Notes: generated by a model from the sequence alone, not told the origin. A DNA stretch of 64,000 nucleotides from Candidatus Effluviviaceae Genus I sp. (GCA_016867725.1 VGIX01000003.1:26866-90865); one strand, 5' to 3'; shown: positions 46,989 through 57,269, counted from the stretch's first letter. Numbers and translations are program-made.

Positions 46989-49109
46989 CTATCGCAGCAC
47001 GGCGAACTTCCCCGTCGCGACGTCGGACGGATCGACCTGCCCCTGGCCGTACGCCTGGAGCCGGTACACGTACACGCCGCTCGCCAGGGGCGGTCCCCCC
47101 CTGTTCAGCCGCTCCCACGGCACCGCGTTCCAACCGGGGAGCACACCCTCGTTGTCCTGGTCCGACGCCGAGACGTCGCGCCGCTTGGTGTAACTCCCGA
47201 GCGTCTGGCCCGTCAGGTCGAACAGCGTGAGGGCGACCGTCCACGCCTCGCGCGTGAGCTCGTACCGGAAGGTGATCTCGTCCGCCGCGCCCGACGGATT
47301 CGGGTACGCGTAGTGGCTGGCAAGCCTGAGCGTCGCGGCCCGCACGTACAGCGTCACGGCCGCCTCGTTGTCCGTCAGCGTGAGCTCGTCCGTTCCCGGG
47401 GCGACGACTTCCACGGTCAGCACGTGCTCCCCGATGTCGCTCTCGTCCAGCTGCCACACGAACGTGTTCCGGATCACCTCCCCGCCCCCCACGACCCGCG
47501 ACACCGCAGTCTCGAAGAGGAGCGCGCCGCTCCCCGGCGCCCCGTCCCAGACCCGCACCGTCGCGCTCACGGGCTCGCTCGGCCCGAACGCGTGCACGTC
47601 CACGGTCACGGGCACCGCGTTCCCGGCCACGAGCGCAGTTCGGTTGACCGCCACGTCCTCCTGGAAGACCGCGAGGTTGATCTGCCCGTCGGGATCGGCG
47701 AACCGCGCGAGACTCCCGGCGATCGCCTTCGCGACGACCGCGAGCTGCGACGGGAACACGTTCCCGACGGTGTCGCGCACGGAGTGGTAGGAGGGGTTCC
47801 TCGTCGTCGGGTGAGCGTGCTCGATCGCGACGACGGCGTCGTACCCGGTCCTCCAGAAGCTCGCGTGGTCGCTGTAGGCGAGCGCCTCGTCGATGCGCAG
47901 GACGCTCGAACCGGCGAACGCGCCAGGGTGCTCCTCGACGGTGCCGAGGATCCAGTCCGCGAGCCACTTCGACCCCGGGTTGGTGACGATGTGGCACGTG
48001 TCGGGGTGGTCGGCGGAGCGCTTGTACGCCACCATGTCCACGTTGAGCACGCCGTAGATGGTGTCTCCCGCAGCAGCGACGGCGTCGGCGTACTGGCCGC
48101 TGCCGAGAAGCCCCAGCTCCTCCCCCGAGAACAGGGCGAAGCGGACGTCGAACGGCAGCGTCACCCCCGAGAGAGCGCGCGCTACCTCGATGGCCACCGC
48201 CACGCCCGTGGCGTTGTCGTCGGCGCCAGGCGCGGGGTTGTCGCACCACCAGTAGTAGCCGTCCCTCAGGGACCCCGAAAACGAGATGGCGTCGTAGTGG
48301 GCGCAGACGATGTAGCAGCCGCCGAGCCGGCCCGTCCCCTCAAGGACCCCGATGACGTTGTCGGCCGGGTAGGTCACGATGGGCCCTGAAGGACCCTGCT
48401 CGCACGTGTATCCCAGAATGCCGAACCGCTGCGTGTCCACGGGCGCGCCGCCCGGGAGGACCGCTTCAAGCTGCCCCTCGACGTACGGCCTGGCCTCCGT
48501 GAGGCACTCCGCGCGCCGCACGTACCGGCTGCGCGGCGCGCCGCCCGGGTACTGACTGAGGCGCTCCACGTGCGCCATGAGCGAGTCGGCCGAGATGCCG
48601 CTCATGACGTCGGCCACGAGCCCGCGCACCGCGCGGCCGTCCCGCTCCGCCGTGGTCCGCACGTGCGCGGGCGGCTCGCCGTCGAACCACCGCTCGGCCC
48701 TCACGGCCTCGGGCAGCGGGTACATCATGAAGCACGCGGCCCGCAGGCCGTCCTCCGCCCCGCCGAACGGCTCGACGAGCACGGCCCCGCGCGGCTCGCT
48801 CCACAGCGCCGTGCCGTACGGCCGCAGGACCTCGGGCCCGCCCGCCGGGTAGCAGATGTAGAGCGGCGCCCGTCCGTCGATCCCGGCCACCTCTTCGCAC
48901 GTGAGCCTGCCGCGACGGAGGTTCTCACCGAGCAGCGCGTCGCCCGCCACGAGCGCGTGGGTCGTGCCGACGAACCGGACGACCGCCCGCGCGGCGAGCG
49001 CCGTCTCCAGCGCAGCGCCGTCGTCCAGCGCAAGGTTGTACAGGGTGTCACCCGAGGCGTTGGCGGACAGAAGGAGAAGCAGCGCGACAAGCGTGAGACG
49101 GCCTGCCAT
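46989..49109 (-). CDS. secreted M28-family aminopeptidase with a C-terminal Por_Secre_tail/FlgD-Ig-like sorting domain
   Basis: Signal peptide MAGRLTLVALLLLLSANASG; M28 metal-binding motifs (HYDAIS, DDNATG, SGEELGLLGS, DMV, SDH); C-terminal YAYPNPS...FDLTGQ...SGVYVYRL...GKFAVLR. Confidence 0.75.
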   Translation of the reverse strand: MAGRLTLVALLLLLSANASGDTLYNLALDDGAALETALAARAVVRFVGTTHALVAGDALLGENLRRGRLTCEEVAGIDGRAPLYICYPAGGPEVLRPYGTALWSEPRGAVLVEPFGGAEDGLRAACFMMYPLPEAVRAERWFDGEPPAHVRTTAERDGRAVRGLVADVMSGISADSLMAHVERLSQYPGGAPRSRYVRRAECLTEARPYVEGQLEAVLPGGAPVDTQRFGILGYTCEQGPSGPIVTYPADNVIGVLEGTGRLGGCYIVCAHYDAISFSGSLRDGYYWWCDNPAPGADDNATGVAVAIEVARALSGVTLPFDVRFALFSGEELGLLGSGQYADAVAAAGDTIYGVLNVDMVAYKRSADHPDTCHIVTNPGSKWLADWILGTVEEHPGAFAGSSVLRIDEALAYSDHASFWRTGYDAVVAIEHAHPTTRNPSYHSVRDTVGNVFPSQLAVVAKAIAGSLARFADPDGQINLAVFQEDVAVNRTALVAGNAVPVTVDVHAFGPSEPVSATVRVWDGAPGSGALLFETAVSRVVGGGEVIRNTFVWQLDESDIGEHVLTVEVVAPGTDELTLTDNEAAVTLYVRAATLRLASHYAYPNPSGAADEITFRYELTREAWTVALTLFDLTGQTLGSYTKRRDVSASDQDNEGVLPGWNAVPWERLNRGGPPLASGVYVYRLQAYGQGQVDPSDVATGKFAVLR

Positions 49110-49183
49110 GGTGAGCACCTCCCGCGTTCCGCACGCTCGCACTTCCGATCGGGGCCGGCGGCCTCGCCGCCGGCCCCCTCGCC

Positions 49184-49260
49184 TGGCGCGCCCGGAGGGA
49201 CTTGAACCCCCGACACCTGGAACCGGAGTCCAGTGCTCTATCCAACTGAGCTACGGGCGC
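49184..49260 (-). tRNA. tRNA-Arg (anticodon CCG)
   Basis: Reverse-complement cloverleaf GCGCCCG...AGCTCAGTTGGATAGAGC...loop CUCCGGU...TTCAAGT...CGGGCGC-G-CCA. Confidence 0.75.
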
Positions 49261-50374
49261 TGTCTGCGATCTCGATGAGCTGGTAGTTCCGCGTGCCGAG
49301 CCCCAGCTCCTCGGCATGGCGTAGCTGCTCGGTCGGGTCCACCTCGGCGTGGAGGTCGCGGAACTTGTCCCCCCCACGGCGGTAGTTCTGGGAGATGTCG
49401 CTCCCCCTGGCCACGGGCGCCTCGTTCACCAGGTCGTAGCACGCCTGGTCGGCGGCGACCGGATCCAGCGACGCGATCACGCCGATGTCCGGAACGATGG
49501 GCGCCTTCGCCGCGCCGTAGCAGTCGCAGAGCGGGTGCACGTCGGTGATGAAGTTGACGTACCCGATCCGCCCCGGCTTCGTGGCGGCGATCGCCGCGAG
49601 GTATTCTACCATCTTCCTCTGGAACACGTCAGCGGATTCGTTCCAGTGGATGCTCACCGCCCGTTGGGGACAGACGACGATGCACTCGGCGCAGCCGATG
49701 CACTTCTCGGGGTCGATCGTCGCCTTCTCCCCCACCGTGATGGCGTCGGCCGGACACCACGCGACGCACGTCCCGCAAGCGACGCAGCTTGGCCGCACGA
49801 ACGGTCTGGTCGTGGAGTGCTGGTCCAGCTTGCCGGCGCGCGACGCCCCGCCCATCCCCAGGTTCTTGATGGCCCCGCCGAACCCGGAGACCTCGTGTCC
49901 CTTGAAGTGCGCAACGGACAGGATGGCGTCCGCCTTCACGAGGTCGGCGCCGAACGGCGCCTCGGTGACGTGCCGGCCGCGGGCCGGCAGGCGGATCTCC
50001 GAGGTGCCGTGGAGGCCGTCCGCGACGACGACCGGCGCCCCGACCGCGGCGTACGTGAACCCGTGCTCGGCCGCCGTCCGGAGGTGCGTCACCGAGTCGC
50101 TCCTGGTCCCCCGATAGAGCGTGTTGCAGTCGGTGAGGAAGGGCCTCGCGCCCTGCTTGAGCAACCACGCGACGATCCGCCGCACGAAGCGCGGCCTGAC
50201 GTGGCCGGTCTCGTTGCTCTCACCGAAGTGCAGCTTGACGGCGACGGTGTCGTTCGCCCGGACGACGCCGGCCATCCCGCTCGACTCGAGCAGGAGGTCG
50301 AGCCGGGCGGCGATGTCGTCGCCGCCTGCCTCCCCGACCCGCAGCAGATACACGGGGCTCTTCGCGCCGCTCAC
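49238..50374 (-). CDS. DUF362-domain protein with a 2x[4Fe-4S] ferredoxin domain
   Basis: CVACGTCVAWCP and CIGCAECIVVCP ferredoxin motifs; DUF362-like flanks; GTG start overlaps the nadK stop (GTGA); the last ~7 codons overlap the tRNA-Arg 5' end. Confidence 0.6.
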   Translation of the reverse strand: MSGAKSPVYLLRVGEAGGDDIAARLDLLLESSGMAGVVRANDTVAVKLHFGESNETGHVRPRFVRRIVAWLLKQGARPFLTDCNTLYRGTRSDSVTHLRTAAEHGFTYAAVGAPVVVADGLHGTSEIRLPARGRHVTEAPFGADLVKADAILSVAHFKGHEVSGFGGAIKNLGMGGASRAGKLDQHSTTRPFVRPSCVACGTCVAWCPADAITVGEKATIDPEKCIGCAECIVVCPQRAVSIHWNESADVFQRKMVEYLAAIAATKPGRIGYVNFITDVHPLCDCYGAAKAPIVPDIGVIASLDPVAADQACYDLVNEAPVARGSDISQNYRRGGDKFRDLHAEVDPTEQLRHAEELGLGTRNYQLIEIADSARSSVG

Positions 50375-51240
50375 CGCTCCACCACCCTCCCCGACCAGCG
50401 CAGCTTCCGCCCGAGGATCTCGTAGTAGGAGTGTCGCCCGATCTCGATGAGACGCGCGCTCCGCTCCGCCCTCCGCACGACGATCGCGTCGCCCGTCTCC
50501 ATGCCGCACAGGCGGTCGCCGTCCACGCTCACGACCGCCTCGCCGTCGGACGACAGCATGCGCACCTCGACGGAGGCGGTCGGCGGCAGGACGCAGGCGC
50601 GGATGCTGAGCGAGTGCGGGCAGATCGGGGTGACGACGATGGCCTCGACTCCGGGCATCACGACGGGCCCGCCCGCCGAGAGCGCGTACGCCGTCGAGCC
50701 CGTGGGCGTGGAGAGGATGATGCCGTCCGCCGCGAAGCGCGTGATGAGGTCCCCGTCCACGCGGGCCTCGAACGAGAGCATGCGGGACGCGGCGCCGTTG
50801 CGGACGACGAAGTCGTTGAGCGCCACGGCCGACCCGCCCGTGCGTTCCACCGCGCCCGCGAGCATCATGCGGGGGCGGGCGACGAGCGCCCCGGCCCGCG
50901 CGTCCGCCAGCACGGCCGGCAGCTCGTCCGCGCCGACCTGCGTCAGGAACCCGAGGCTGCCGAGGTTCACGCCGAAGACCGGGACCTCACGGCCCGTGCG
51001 CGCGATCGCCCGCACCGCCGCGAGCAGCGTCCCGTCGCCCCCCAGCGCGAACACGAGGTCGGACTCGGCCGCCACCCGGTCCACGGGCGCGCCCTCCGCG
51101 GCCCGGCCGCGAAGCGCCGCGACGAGGTCCTCCTGCACGAGCGCCGTGAGGCCCTGCGCGCCGCACCAGTCGAGGACCGCGTCCATGGCGGCGCCCAGAC
51201 CCCCCTTGCGGGGGTTGCCGATGATCCCCACCGTCTTCAT
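50371..51240 (-). CDS. nadK: NAD kinase
   Basis: GGDGT motif (ALGGDGTLL) and NGSTAYALSAGGP region; ATGA overlap with dxs. Confidence 0.85.
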   Translation of the reverse strand: MKTVGIIGNPRKGGLGAAMDAVLDWCGAQGLTALVQEDLVAALRGRAAEGAPVDRVAAESDLVFALGGDGTLLAAVRAIARTGREVPVFGVNLGSLGFLTQVGADELPAVLADARAGALVARPRMMLAGAVERTGGSAVALNDFVVRNGAASRMLSFEARVDGDLITRFAADGIILSTPTGSTAYALSAGGPVVMPGVEAIVVTPICPHSLSIRACVLPPTASVEVRMLSSDGEAVVSVDGDRLCGMETGDAIVVRRAERSARLIEIGRHSYYEILGRKLRWSGRVVER

Positions 51241-53138
51241 CGCTCCGCGCCTCCCCGGCCTCCGCCCGCGATGAGACCGCGGGCCGCCGCCGCCACGCCG
51301 TGCGCCGTGAGGCCGCACCGCTCGAGCAACCGCTCGCGCGTCGCGTGCGTCACGAACTCGTCCGGAAGCCCCATGAGGCGAACCGGGACACCGTGGAGCC
51401 CCGACGACTGCAGGAGCTCGAGGACCGCCGCGCCGAACCCTCCGCTCGTCACGTTCTCCTCGATCGTGACGATCCGCCCGGTCGTCCGCGCCTCCTCCTC
51501 GATCACATCGCCGTCCAGCGGCTTGACGAACCGCGCGTTCACGACCGATGCGCCCACGCCCTCGGCCGCGAGGTCCTCCGCCGCCCTGGACGCGACGCCC
51601 ACCATGGGCCCCACGGCGATGAGCGAGACGTCGCCGCCCTCGCGCAGCCGCTCGGCCTTGCCCAGGGGCACGGCGACCGGCTCGAAGTCCATGCGGACGC
51701 CGAGGCCCGCGCCGCGAGGGTACCGCACCGCGATCGGCCCCTCGTCGTGCTCGACGGCCGTCCGGACCATCGCCGCGAGCTCGTTCTCGTCCTTCGGCGC
51801 CATGACGACGAGGTTCGGCACGGCGCGCAGGAACGAGAGGTCGAACGCCCCGTGATGCGTCGGGCCGTCGTCCCCCACGAGCCCGCCGCGGTCGATGAGG
51901 AATCGCACCGGCAGCCTCTGCAGGCAGACGTCGTGGACGATCTGGTCGTAGGCGCGCTGGAGGAACGTCGAGTAGACGGCCACGACGGGCTTCATGCCCG
52001 CCGCGGCGAGGCCCGCCGCGAAGGTCACGGCGTGCTGCTCGGCGATGCCCACGTCGAAGAAGCGGTCGGGGAAGCGCTTCGCGAAGTGCGAGAGCCCCGT
52101 CCCGTCCGGCATCGCCGCCGTGATGGCCACGATCCTGTCGTCCTTCTCTGCGAGCGACACGAGCGTGCGTCCGAACGCCTCGGTGTAGGAGATGGCCGTC
52201 GGCATGGACGTCGTCGTTCCGGTCGCCTTGTCGAACGACCCGACCCCGTGAAACCTGGGAGCGTCGTCCTCCGCGGGCTGGTAGCCCTTCCCCTTGACCG
52301 TGATGACGTGGACGAGGAGCGGGCCCGCCATGAGCCTGAGGCGCTCGAACGACTCGACGAGGGTCTCGACGTTGTGCCCGTCGAGCGGACCGAAGTACTT
52401 GAATCCCAGCTCCTCGAAGAGGACGCCCGGCACGAGGAGTCCGCGAATCCCCTCGAGGGTCCGGCTCGCGAGCTCGCGGGCCCGCGAGCCCACGCCCGGG
52501 ACCCTGCCGAGGATGTCCCAGACCTCGGCCTCGAGCCTGTGGTAGGTCGGCGCGGACCGCAGCCGCGTGAGGTACTGCGAGAGCGCCCCCACGTTCTTGG
52601 AGATGGACATCCTGTTGTCGTTCACGACGACGATGAGGTTCTTCTTCAGATGGCCGGCCTGGTTGAGTCCCTCGAGGGCAAGGCCGGCGGTGAGCGCCCC
52701 GTCGCCGATCACGGCGATCACGCGGCCCTCGCGGGCGAGGAAGTCGCGCCCGCAGACGATGCCGAGGGCCGCCGAGATGGACGTCGAGGAATGGCCGGTG
52801 TTGAACGCGTCGTGCGGGCTCTCCTCGCGCCTGGGGAAGCCCGCGATGCCCCCCTCCTGCCGAAGCGTCTCGAACGAGTCGCGCCGTCCCGTGATGAGCT
52901 TGTGCGCGTAGCTCTGATGTCCGACGTCCCAGAGAATGCTGTCGCGGGGCGAGTCGAAGACGTAGTGCAGGGCCAGCGTGAGCTCGACGACCCCGAGGCT
53001 GGGCGCGAGGTGCCCGCCGTTGCGCGAGACCACGCGGATGATCTCCTGACGGACCTCCTCGCCGAGCGGAACGAGGTCCCTCGGGCTCAGCGCCCGGAGG
53101 TCCTGAGGCGAGTTGATGCCGTCGAGGATCCGTGCCAC
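51237..53138 (-). CDS. dxs: 1-deoxy-D-xylulose-5-phosphate synthase
   Basis: GHLAPSLGVVELT, the ThDP motif GDGALTAG...NDN, and transketolase C-terminal domains; 633 aa. Confidence 0.92.
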   Translation of the reverse strand: MARILDGINSPQDLRALSPRDLVPLGEEVRQEIIRVVSRNGGHLAPSLGVVELTLALHYVFDSPRDSILWDVGHQSYAHKLITGRRDSFETLRQEGGIAGFPRREESPHDAFNTGHSSTSISAALGIVCGRDFLAREGRVIAVIGDGALTAGLALEGLNQAGHLKKNLIVVVNDNRMSISKNVGALSQYLTRLRSAPTYHRLEAEVWDILGRVPGVGSRARELASRTLEGIRGLLVPGVLFEELGFKYFGPLDGHNVETLVESFERLRLMAGPLLVHVITVKGKGYQPAEDDAPRFHGVGSFDKATGTTTSMPTAISYTEAFGRTLVSLAEKDDRIVAITAAMPDGTGLSHFAKRFPDRFFDVGIAEQHAVTFAAGLAAAGMKPVVAVYSTFLQRAYDQIVHDVCLQRLPVRFLIDRGGLVGDDGPTHHGAFDLSFLRAVPNLVVMAPKDENELAAMVRTAVEHDEGPIAVRYPRGAGLGVRMDFEPVAVPLGKAERLREGGDVSLIAVGPMVGVASRAAEDLAAEGVGASVVNARFVKPLDGDVIEEEARTTGRIVTIEENVTSGGFGAAVLELLQSSGLHGVPVRLMGLPDEFVTHATRERLLERCGLTAHGVAAAARGLIAGGGRGGAER

Positions 53139-53185
53139 GCCGCTTCCGCCTTTCGCGCAGGCCGAACGCCGCCCGTCCCGCGCCC

Positions 53186-54082
53186 TCAGCGCCTGCGCTC
53201 GACGATGTACCGGGCGATCTCCGTGAGAGGCCTCGCGGTCGCTCCGAACCGGTCCAGCGCCGCCACGGCCTGGTCGGCGAGTCTCCGGGCCTCCCGCTCG
53301 GCCGCCTCGGCGCCCACGACGCCGGGATACGTGAGCTTCCCGCGGGCCACGTCCTTCCGGACGGCCTTCCCCATCTCGTCGGCGCTGCCCGTCACGTCGA
53401 GCAGATCGTCCCTGATCTGGAACGCGAGGCCGGCGGCCCGCCCGTAGGCCGTGAGCGCCGCGACGTCGTCGGCGCCCGCGCCCGCCGCGAGCGCGCCGAC
53501 GCGCACCGACGCCGCGAGGGGCAGCGCCGTCTTGCGGGTGTGGATCAGCGTGATGGAGGCGAGGTCCGGGGGCGCGCCCTCCATCGCAATGTCGGCCGCC
53601 TGCCCGCCGACCATCCCGCGGCTCCCGTTCGCCTCGGCCAGCTCGCGGATCACCGCGACTTTCCTCTCGGGCGCAAGGCGCTCGTCACCCGCCACGACCT
53701 CGAACGCGAGGGTGAGCAGCGCGTCGCCCGCGAGGATGGCGAGCGCTTCCCCGAAGACGCGGTGGCTCGTCGGCCTCCCGCGTCGCTCGTCGTCGTCGTC
53801 CATCGCCGGCAGGTCGTCATGAATGAGCGAGTACGTGTGGATGAGCTCGAGCGCGCAGGCTGGGACGAGGACGCCGTCGTCGGCGCCGCCCACGAGCTCG
53901 AACGCCGACAGCGCGAGGATCGGCCGCAGGCGCTTGCCGCCCGAGAACACGCTGTATCGCATGGCCTCGTGGAGACGGTCCTCCGAGGACGCCCCGGCCC
54001 CTCCCGCGGACGGCAGACAGCGGTCGAGGGCCTCCTCGACGAGCGCGCGCCTGGCATCCAGGTACTCAGTGAGGAACGACAC
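53186..54082 (-). CDS. ispA: (2E,6E)-farnesyl/geranylgeranyl diphosphate synthase
   Basis: FARM LIHDDLPAMDDDDERRG and SARM FQIRDDLLD; xseB-ispA-dxs order as in E. coli. Confidence 0.85.
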   Translation of the reverse strand: MSFLTEYLDARRALVEEALDRCLPSAGGAGASSEDRLHEAMRYSVFSGGKRLRPILALSAFELVGGADDGVLVPACALELIHTYSLIHDDLPAMDDDDERRGRPTSHRVFGEALAILAGDALLTLAFEVVAGDERLAPERKVAVIRELAEANGSRGMVGGQAADIAMEGAPPDLASITLIHTRKTALPLAASVRVGALAAGAGADDVAALTAYGRAAGLAFQIRDDLLDVTGSADEMGKAVRKDVARGKLTYPGVVGAEAAEREARRLADQAVAALDRFGATARPLTEIARYIVERRR

Positions 54083-54086
54083 GCGG

Positions 54087-54329
54087 TCAGTCCCCCTCGG
54101 GCGGCTCGCCCTCGAAGTCCTCGAGCCCGAGCTCGCCCTGCACGCCCCTGACGAGCCGCTGCACGCGCTCCTCGGCCTTGGCCAGCGCCTTCGACAGAGA
54201 CTCGGCGAGCTTCATGCCGTCCTCGAACGCCCTGAGCGACTCGTCGAGGCCGAGCTCGTTCCGCTCGAGCCGCGCGACGATCTCCTCGAGCTTCGCCATG
54301 TCGTCCTCGAACGTCGGCTTCTTGCTCAC
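54087..54329 (-). CDS. xseB: exodeoxyribonuclease VII small subunit
   Basis: FE..L.ELE.IV..LE...L.L.ESL..FE.G..L pattern; GTG start overlaps the xseA stop. Confidence 0.75.
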   Translation of the reverse strand: MSKKPTFEDDMAKLEEIVARLERNELGLDESLRAFEDGMKLAESLSKALAKAEERVQRLVRGVQGELGLEDFEGEPPEGD

Positions 54330-55573
54330 GCAGCCCTCTCCTTCCCGCCGCGAACGGAGTTCACCGTGCAGTCGAACGCGCCGTCCGCGACCGTCACCCT
54401 GACCTGCGACCCCGGCGCAACGTCCGCGGCCGAGGTCACCGCCGACAGGACCGGCAGGAGCGCGACGGACGCGAACCCCCTCGCCAGGACCTTCGCGGGG
54501 TCGGCGAGGGCGAGCTCCGCGGCGTAGCGCTCGACGCGCGCCCGCCGGAGCGCGAGCGCGGTCCTCGCGGCCGCCGCGGCCCGCCCGCCCAGCTCGTCCA
54601 CGCGCTGGGACAGGCGCTCGATCTGATCGAGCGGGATCCGGAGCCCGTAGGCCCCGCGAAGGGCCGCGGCGCGCTCCGCGTGTCGGCGGAGCCGGGAGCG
54701 CACCGCGCGCTCGACCCGCCCGGCGGAGACCAGGATCGAGCGCAGGAGGGCGCGACGGTCCGGGACCGCGATCTCCGCGGCGTTCGACGGCGTCGCCGCG
54801 CGGACGTCCGCCACGAAGTCCGCGATCGTGAAGTCCACCTCGTGACCCACGGCCGAGATGACCGGCGTGCGCATCGCGTGGATCGCGCGCGCGACGCGTT
54901 CGTCGTTGAACGCCCACAGGTCTTCGAGGGAGCCTCCGCCACGCCCGACGATGCAGACATCGGCGCCGCCCCACTCGTCCACCATGCCGAGCGCCGCGAC
55001 GATCGCCGGCGCCGCCTCGGCGCCCTGGACGGGCACGGGCACGACGACGATGCGCACGGAGGGCATCCGCGCGCGCGCGACGCGGATGACGTCGCGCACG
55101 GCCGCGCCCGTCGGCGAGGTGACCACCGCGACCGTCCTCGGGAAGCGCGGCGCGGGGACCTTGCCGGCCTTGTCGAAGAGCCCCTCGGCCTCGAGCTTCC
55201 GCTTGAGCGCCTCGAACGCGGCAGCGAGCTCCCCGATGCCCGCGGGGCGCATCCGCTCGACGTAGAGCTGGTATCTGCCGGACGGCTCGTAGACGCCGAC
55301 GCGCCCGAACGCAAGCACCTTCATGCCGCTCTGCGGCGCGAAGGCGAGCTTCGCGTTCGCCTGCCGGAACATCACCGCCGGGAGCTGGCTCTTCTCGTCC
55401 TTGAGCGTGAAGTACATGTGGCCGGAGCTGTGGCGGTTGAAGTTCGAGATCTCGCCCTCGACCCAGACCGAGGGAAGCGACTCCTCGAGGATGTGCTTGA
55501 CCGCCGCCGTCACCTCGCTGACGGTGTACGTGCGTTCCGCCGGCCGCGACTCGTCGCCCCGCGAAGGTGTCAT
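54326..55573 (-). CDS. xseA: exodeoxyribonuclease VII large subunit
   Basis: N-terminal OB fold (YTVSEVT..VK..LE...P.VWV.GEISN) and catalytic-domain motifs (VTSPTGAA, RGGGS.EDLW.FN); the start was set at the internal Met, trimming an Arg-rich extension. Confidence 0.8.
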   Translation of the reverse strand: MTPSRGDESRPAERTYTVSEVTAAVKHILEESLPSVWVEGEISNFNRHSSGHMYFTLKDEKSQLPAVMFRQANAKLAFAPQSGMKVLAFGRVGVYEPSGRYQLYVERMRPAGIGELAAAFEALKRKLEAEGLFDKAGKVPAPRFPRTVAVVTSPTGAAVRDVIRVARARMPSVRIVVVPVPVQGAEAAPAIVAALGMVDEWGGADVCIVGRGGGSLEDLWAFNDERVARAIHAMRTPVISAVGHEVDFTIADFVADVRAATPSNAAEIAVPDRRALLRSILVSAGRVERAVRSRLRRHAERAAALRGAYGLRIPLDQIERLSQRVDELGGRAAAAARTALALRRARVERYAAELALADPAKVLARGFASVALLPVLSAVTSAADVAPGSQVRVTVADGAFDCTVNSVRGGKERAA

Positions 55574-56454
55574 CGCTCCCGCGCCCTCGCCTCCGCCGCC
55601 CGCACGGTGTTCCTGAGGAGGATCGCCGTCGTGAGCGCCCCGACGCCGCCGGGGACCGGCGTCGCCACCGCCGCGCGCCCGAGCACCTCCTGGAACGCGA
55701 CGTCGCCCACGACGCGGAAGCCCTTCTCGGCGGTCGCGTCCTCGACGCGGTTCACGCCGACGTCCACGACGACGGCGCCCTCGCGGACCATGTCCCCGCG
55801 GATCGCCTCGGGCCGGCCCATCGCTGCCACGAGGACGTCCGCCCTGAGCGTGTGCGTCGCGAGGTCGCGCGTGCCGGTGTGACAGACCGTCACCGTCGCG
55901 TTGCCGCGGTCGCCCTTCCGGAGCAGCAGCAGCGCGAGCGGGCGCCCCACGACGGCGCTCCGGCCGACGACGACCACGTGCGCGCCCTCGATGGGCACCG
56001 CGGCGGCCGCCAGCGCCTCGACCACGGCAAGCGCCGTGCAGGGCGCGAAGACCTCGGCGCCCCTCGCAAGGAGGCCGAGGCTCCCCGCCGCCGCGCAGTC
56101 GACGTCTTTGGCGGCCGGGACGGCGTCCACGACGGAGGGGTCCACGCCGCGCGGAAGCGGCTGCTGCACGATGATGCCGTGGACGAGCGGGTCGCCTGCG
56201 AGCGCCGCGAGCGCCCGGGCGGCGCCGTCGGTCCCGGCGCCCGCGGGGAGCCGCACGACGCGCACGTCGATGCCCGCGCCGCCCCCGGCCCGCTCGATGC
56301 TCGCCGAGTAGATCGCCGAGGCCGGGTCGTCGCCGACGCACACGACGGCGAGACAAGGCTGCACGCCGCGGCCCGCGAGCGCGGCCGCGCGCCGTCCGAC
56401 CTCCTCCACGATCCCCGCCGCGATCGGCCTGCCCTTGAGAACCCTCGTCTCCAC
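55570..56454 (-). CDS. folD: bifunctional methylenetetrahydrofolate dehydrogenase/cyclohydrolase
   Basis: VGDDPAS, GIIVQ.PLP and GRS..VG.P motifs; ATGA overlap with xseA. Confidence 0.85.
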   Translation of the reverse strand: METRVLKGRPIAAGIVEEVGRRAAALAGRGVQPCLAVVCVGDDPASAIYSASIERAGGGAGIDVRVVRLPAGAGTDGAARALAALAGDPLVHGIIVQQPLPRGVDPSVVDAVPAAKDVDCAAAGSLGLLARGAEVFAPCTALAVVEALAAAAVPIEGAHVVVVGRSAVVGRPLALLLLRKGDRGNATVTVCHTGTRDLATHTLRADVLVAAMGRPEAIRGDMVREGAVVVDVGVNRVEDATAEKGFRVVGDVAFQEVLGRAAVATPVPGGVGALTTAILLRNTVRAAEARARER

Positions 56455-56467
56455 GATGGCCCCCCGC

Positions 56468-57253
56468 TCACCCGTCGATCACGGACATGACCCTGTGGAT
56501 CCCCGTCGCGGCGCCGCTGGTCTCGTCGGCGTCGACGACGACGCCGCAGAGCACGAGGCGACCGCCGGCCGGCTCAAAGCGCTGCGGGATCTGCGTGAGG
56601 AACCTCGCAAGGGAGAGGTCCCTTCGCATGCCGATCACCGAGTCGTACGGCCCCGTCATCCCCGCGTCCGAGATGGCCGCGGTGAACCCGTCCACGATGC
56701 GCTCGTCCGCCGTCTGCACGTGCGTGTGCGTTCCCAGGACGGCCGTCGCCGCCCCGGCCAGGTGCCACGCCATCGCGACCTTCTCCGACGTCGCCTCCGC
56801 GTGGAGGTCCACCAGCACGACGCGGGCGCGCGTCCGCAGCTCCGCCACGAGCGCGGCGCCCACGCGGAACGGGCAGTCGGTCTCCGGCAGGAACACCCTG
56901 CCCTGCAGGTTCACGACGCCCACGGGAACGCCCTTCGCGGTCTCGAAGACGCCGGCTCCCCGACCGGGGGTGCCCGGGGGGTAGTTGGCCGGCCGGAGGA
57001 TCCGCTCGCAGCCCGCGACCAGCTCCGCGGCACCCTTCTTGTCCCAGATGTGGTTGCCGCTCGTGAGGACGTCGATGCCGAGCGCGAAGAGGTCGTTCGC
57101 CACGGGCTTCGTGAGCCCGATGCCTCCCGCCGCGTTCTCGCCGTTCGCCACGACGAGCGACGGCCCCCACTCCCTCACGAGGCCGGGCAGGAGCAGCTCG
57201 ACGGCGCGCCGCCCGGGCCGCCCGACGACGTCCCCGATGAAGAGGATCCTCAT
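56468..57253 (-). CDS. ymdB: YmdB-like metallophosphoesterase (2',3'-cyclic-nucleotide phosphodiesterase, TIGR00282)
   Basis: MRILFIGDVVGRPGR...ANGENAAGG N-terminus typical of YmdB; located immediately downstream of rny as in Bacillus. Confidence 0.75.
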   Translation of the reverse strand: MRILFIGDVVGRPGRRAVELLLPGLVREWGPSLVVANGENAAGGIGLTKPVANDLFALGIDVLTSGNHIWDKKGAAELVAGCERILRPANYPPGTPGRGAGVFETAKGVPVGVVNLQGRVFLPETDCPFRVGAALVAELRTRARVVLVDLHAEATSEKVAMAWHLAGAATAVLGTHTHVQTADERIVDGFTAAISDAGMTGPYDSVIGMRRDLSLARFLTQIPQRFEPAGGRLVLCGVVVDADETSGAATGIHRVMSVIDG

Positions 57254-57269
57254 GCGCCTTCCCGCCCGG

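Noticed and set aside
46720-48249. 509-aa minus ORF overlapping the M28 peptidase in another frame
   Set aside because: Only its last 81 codons (46720-46965) look genuine: a small TM protein with an RBS. The rest is an out-of-frame shadow of the peptidase gene.
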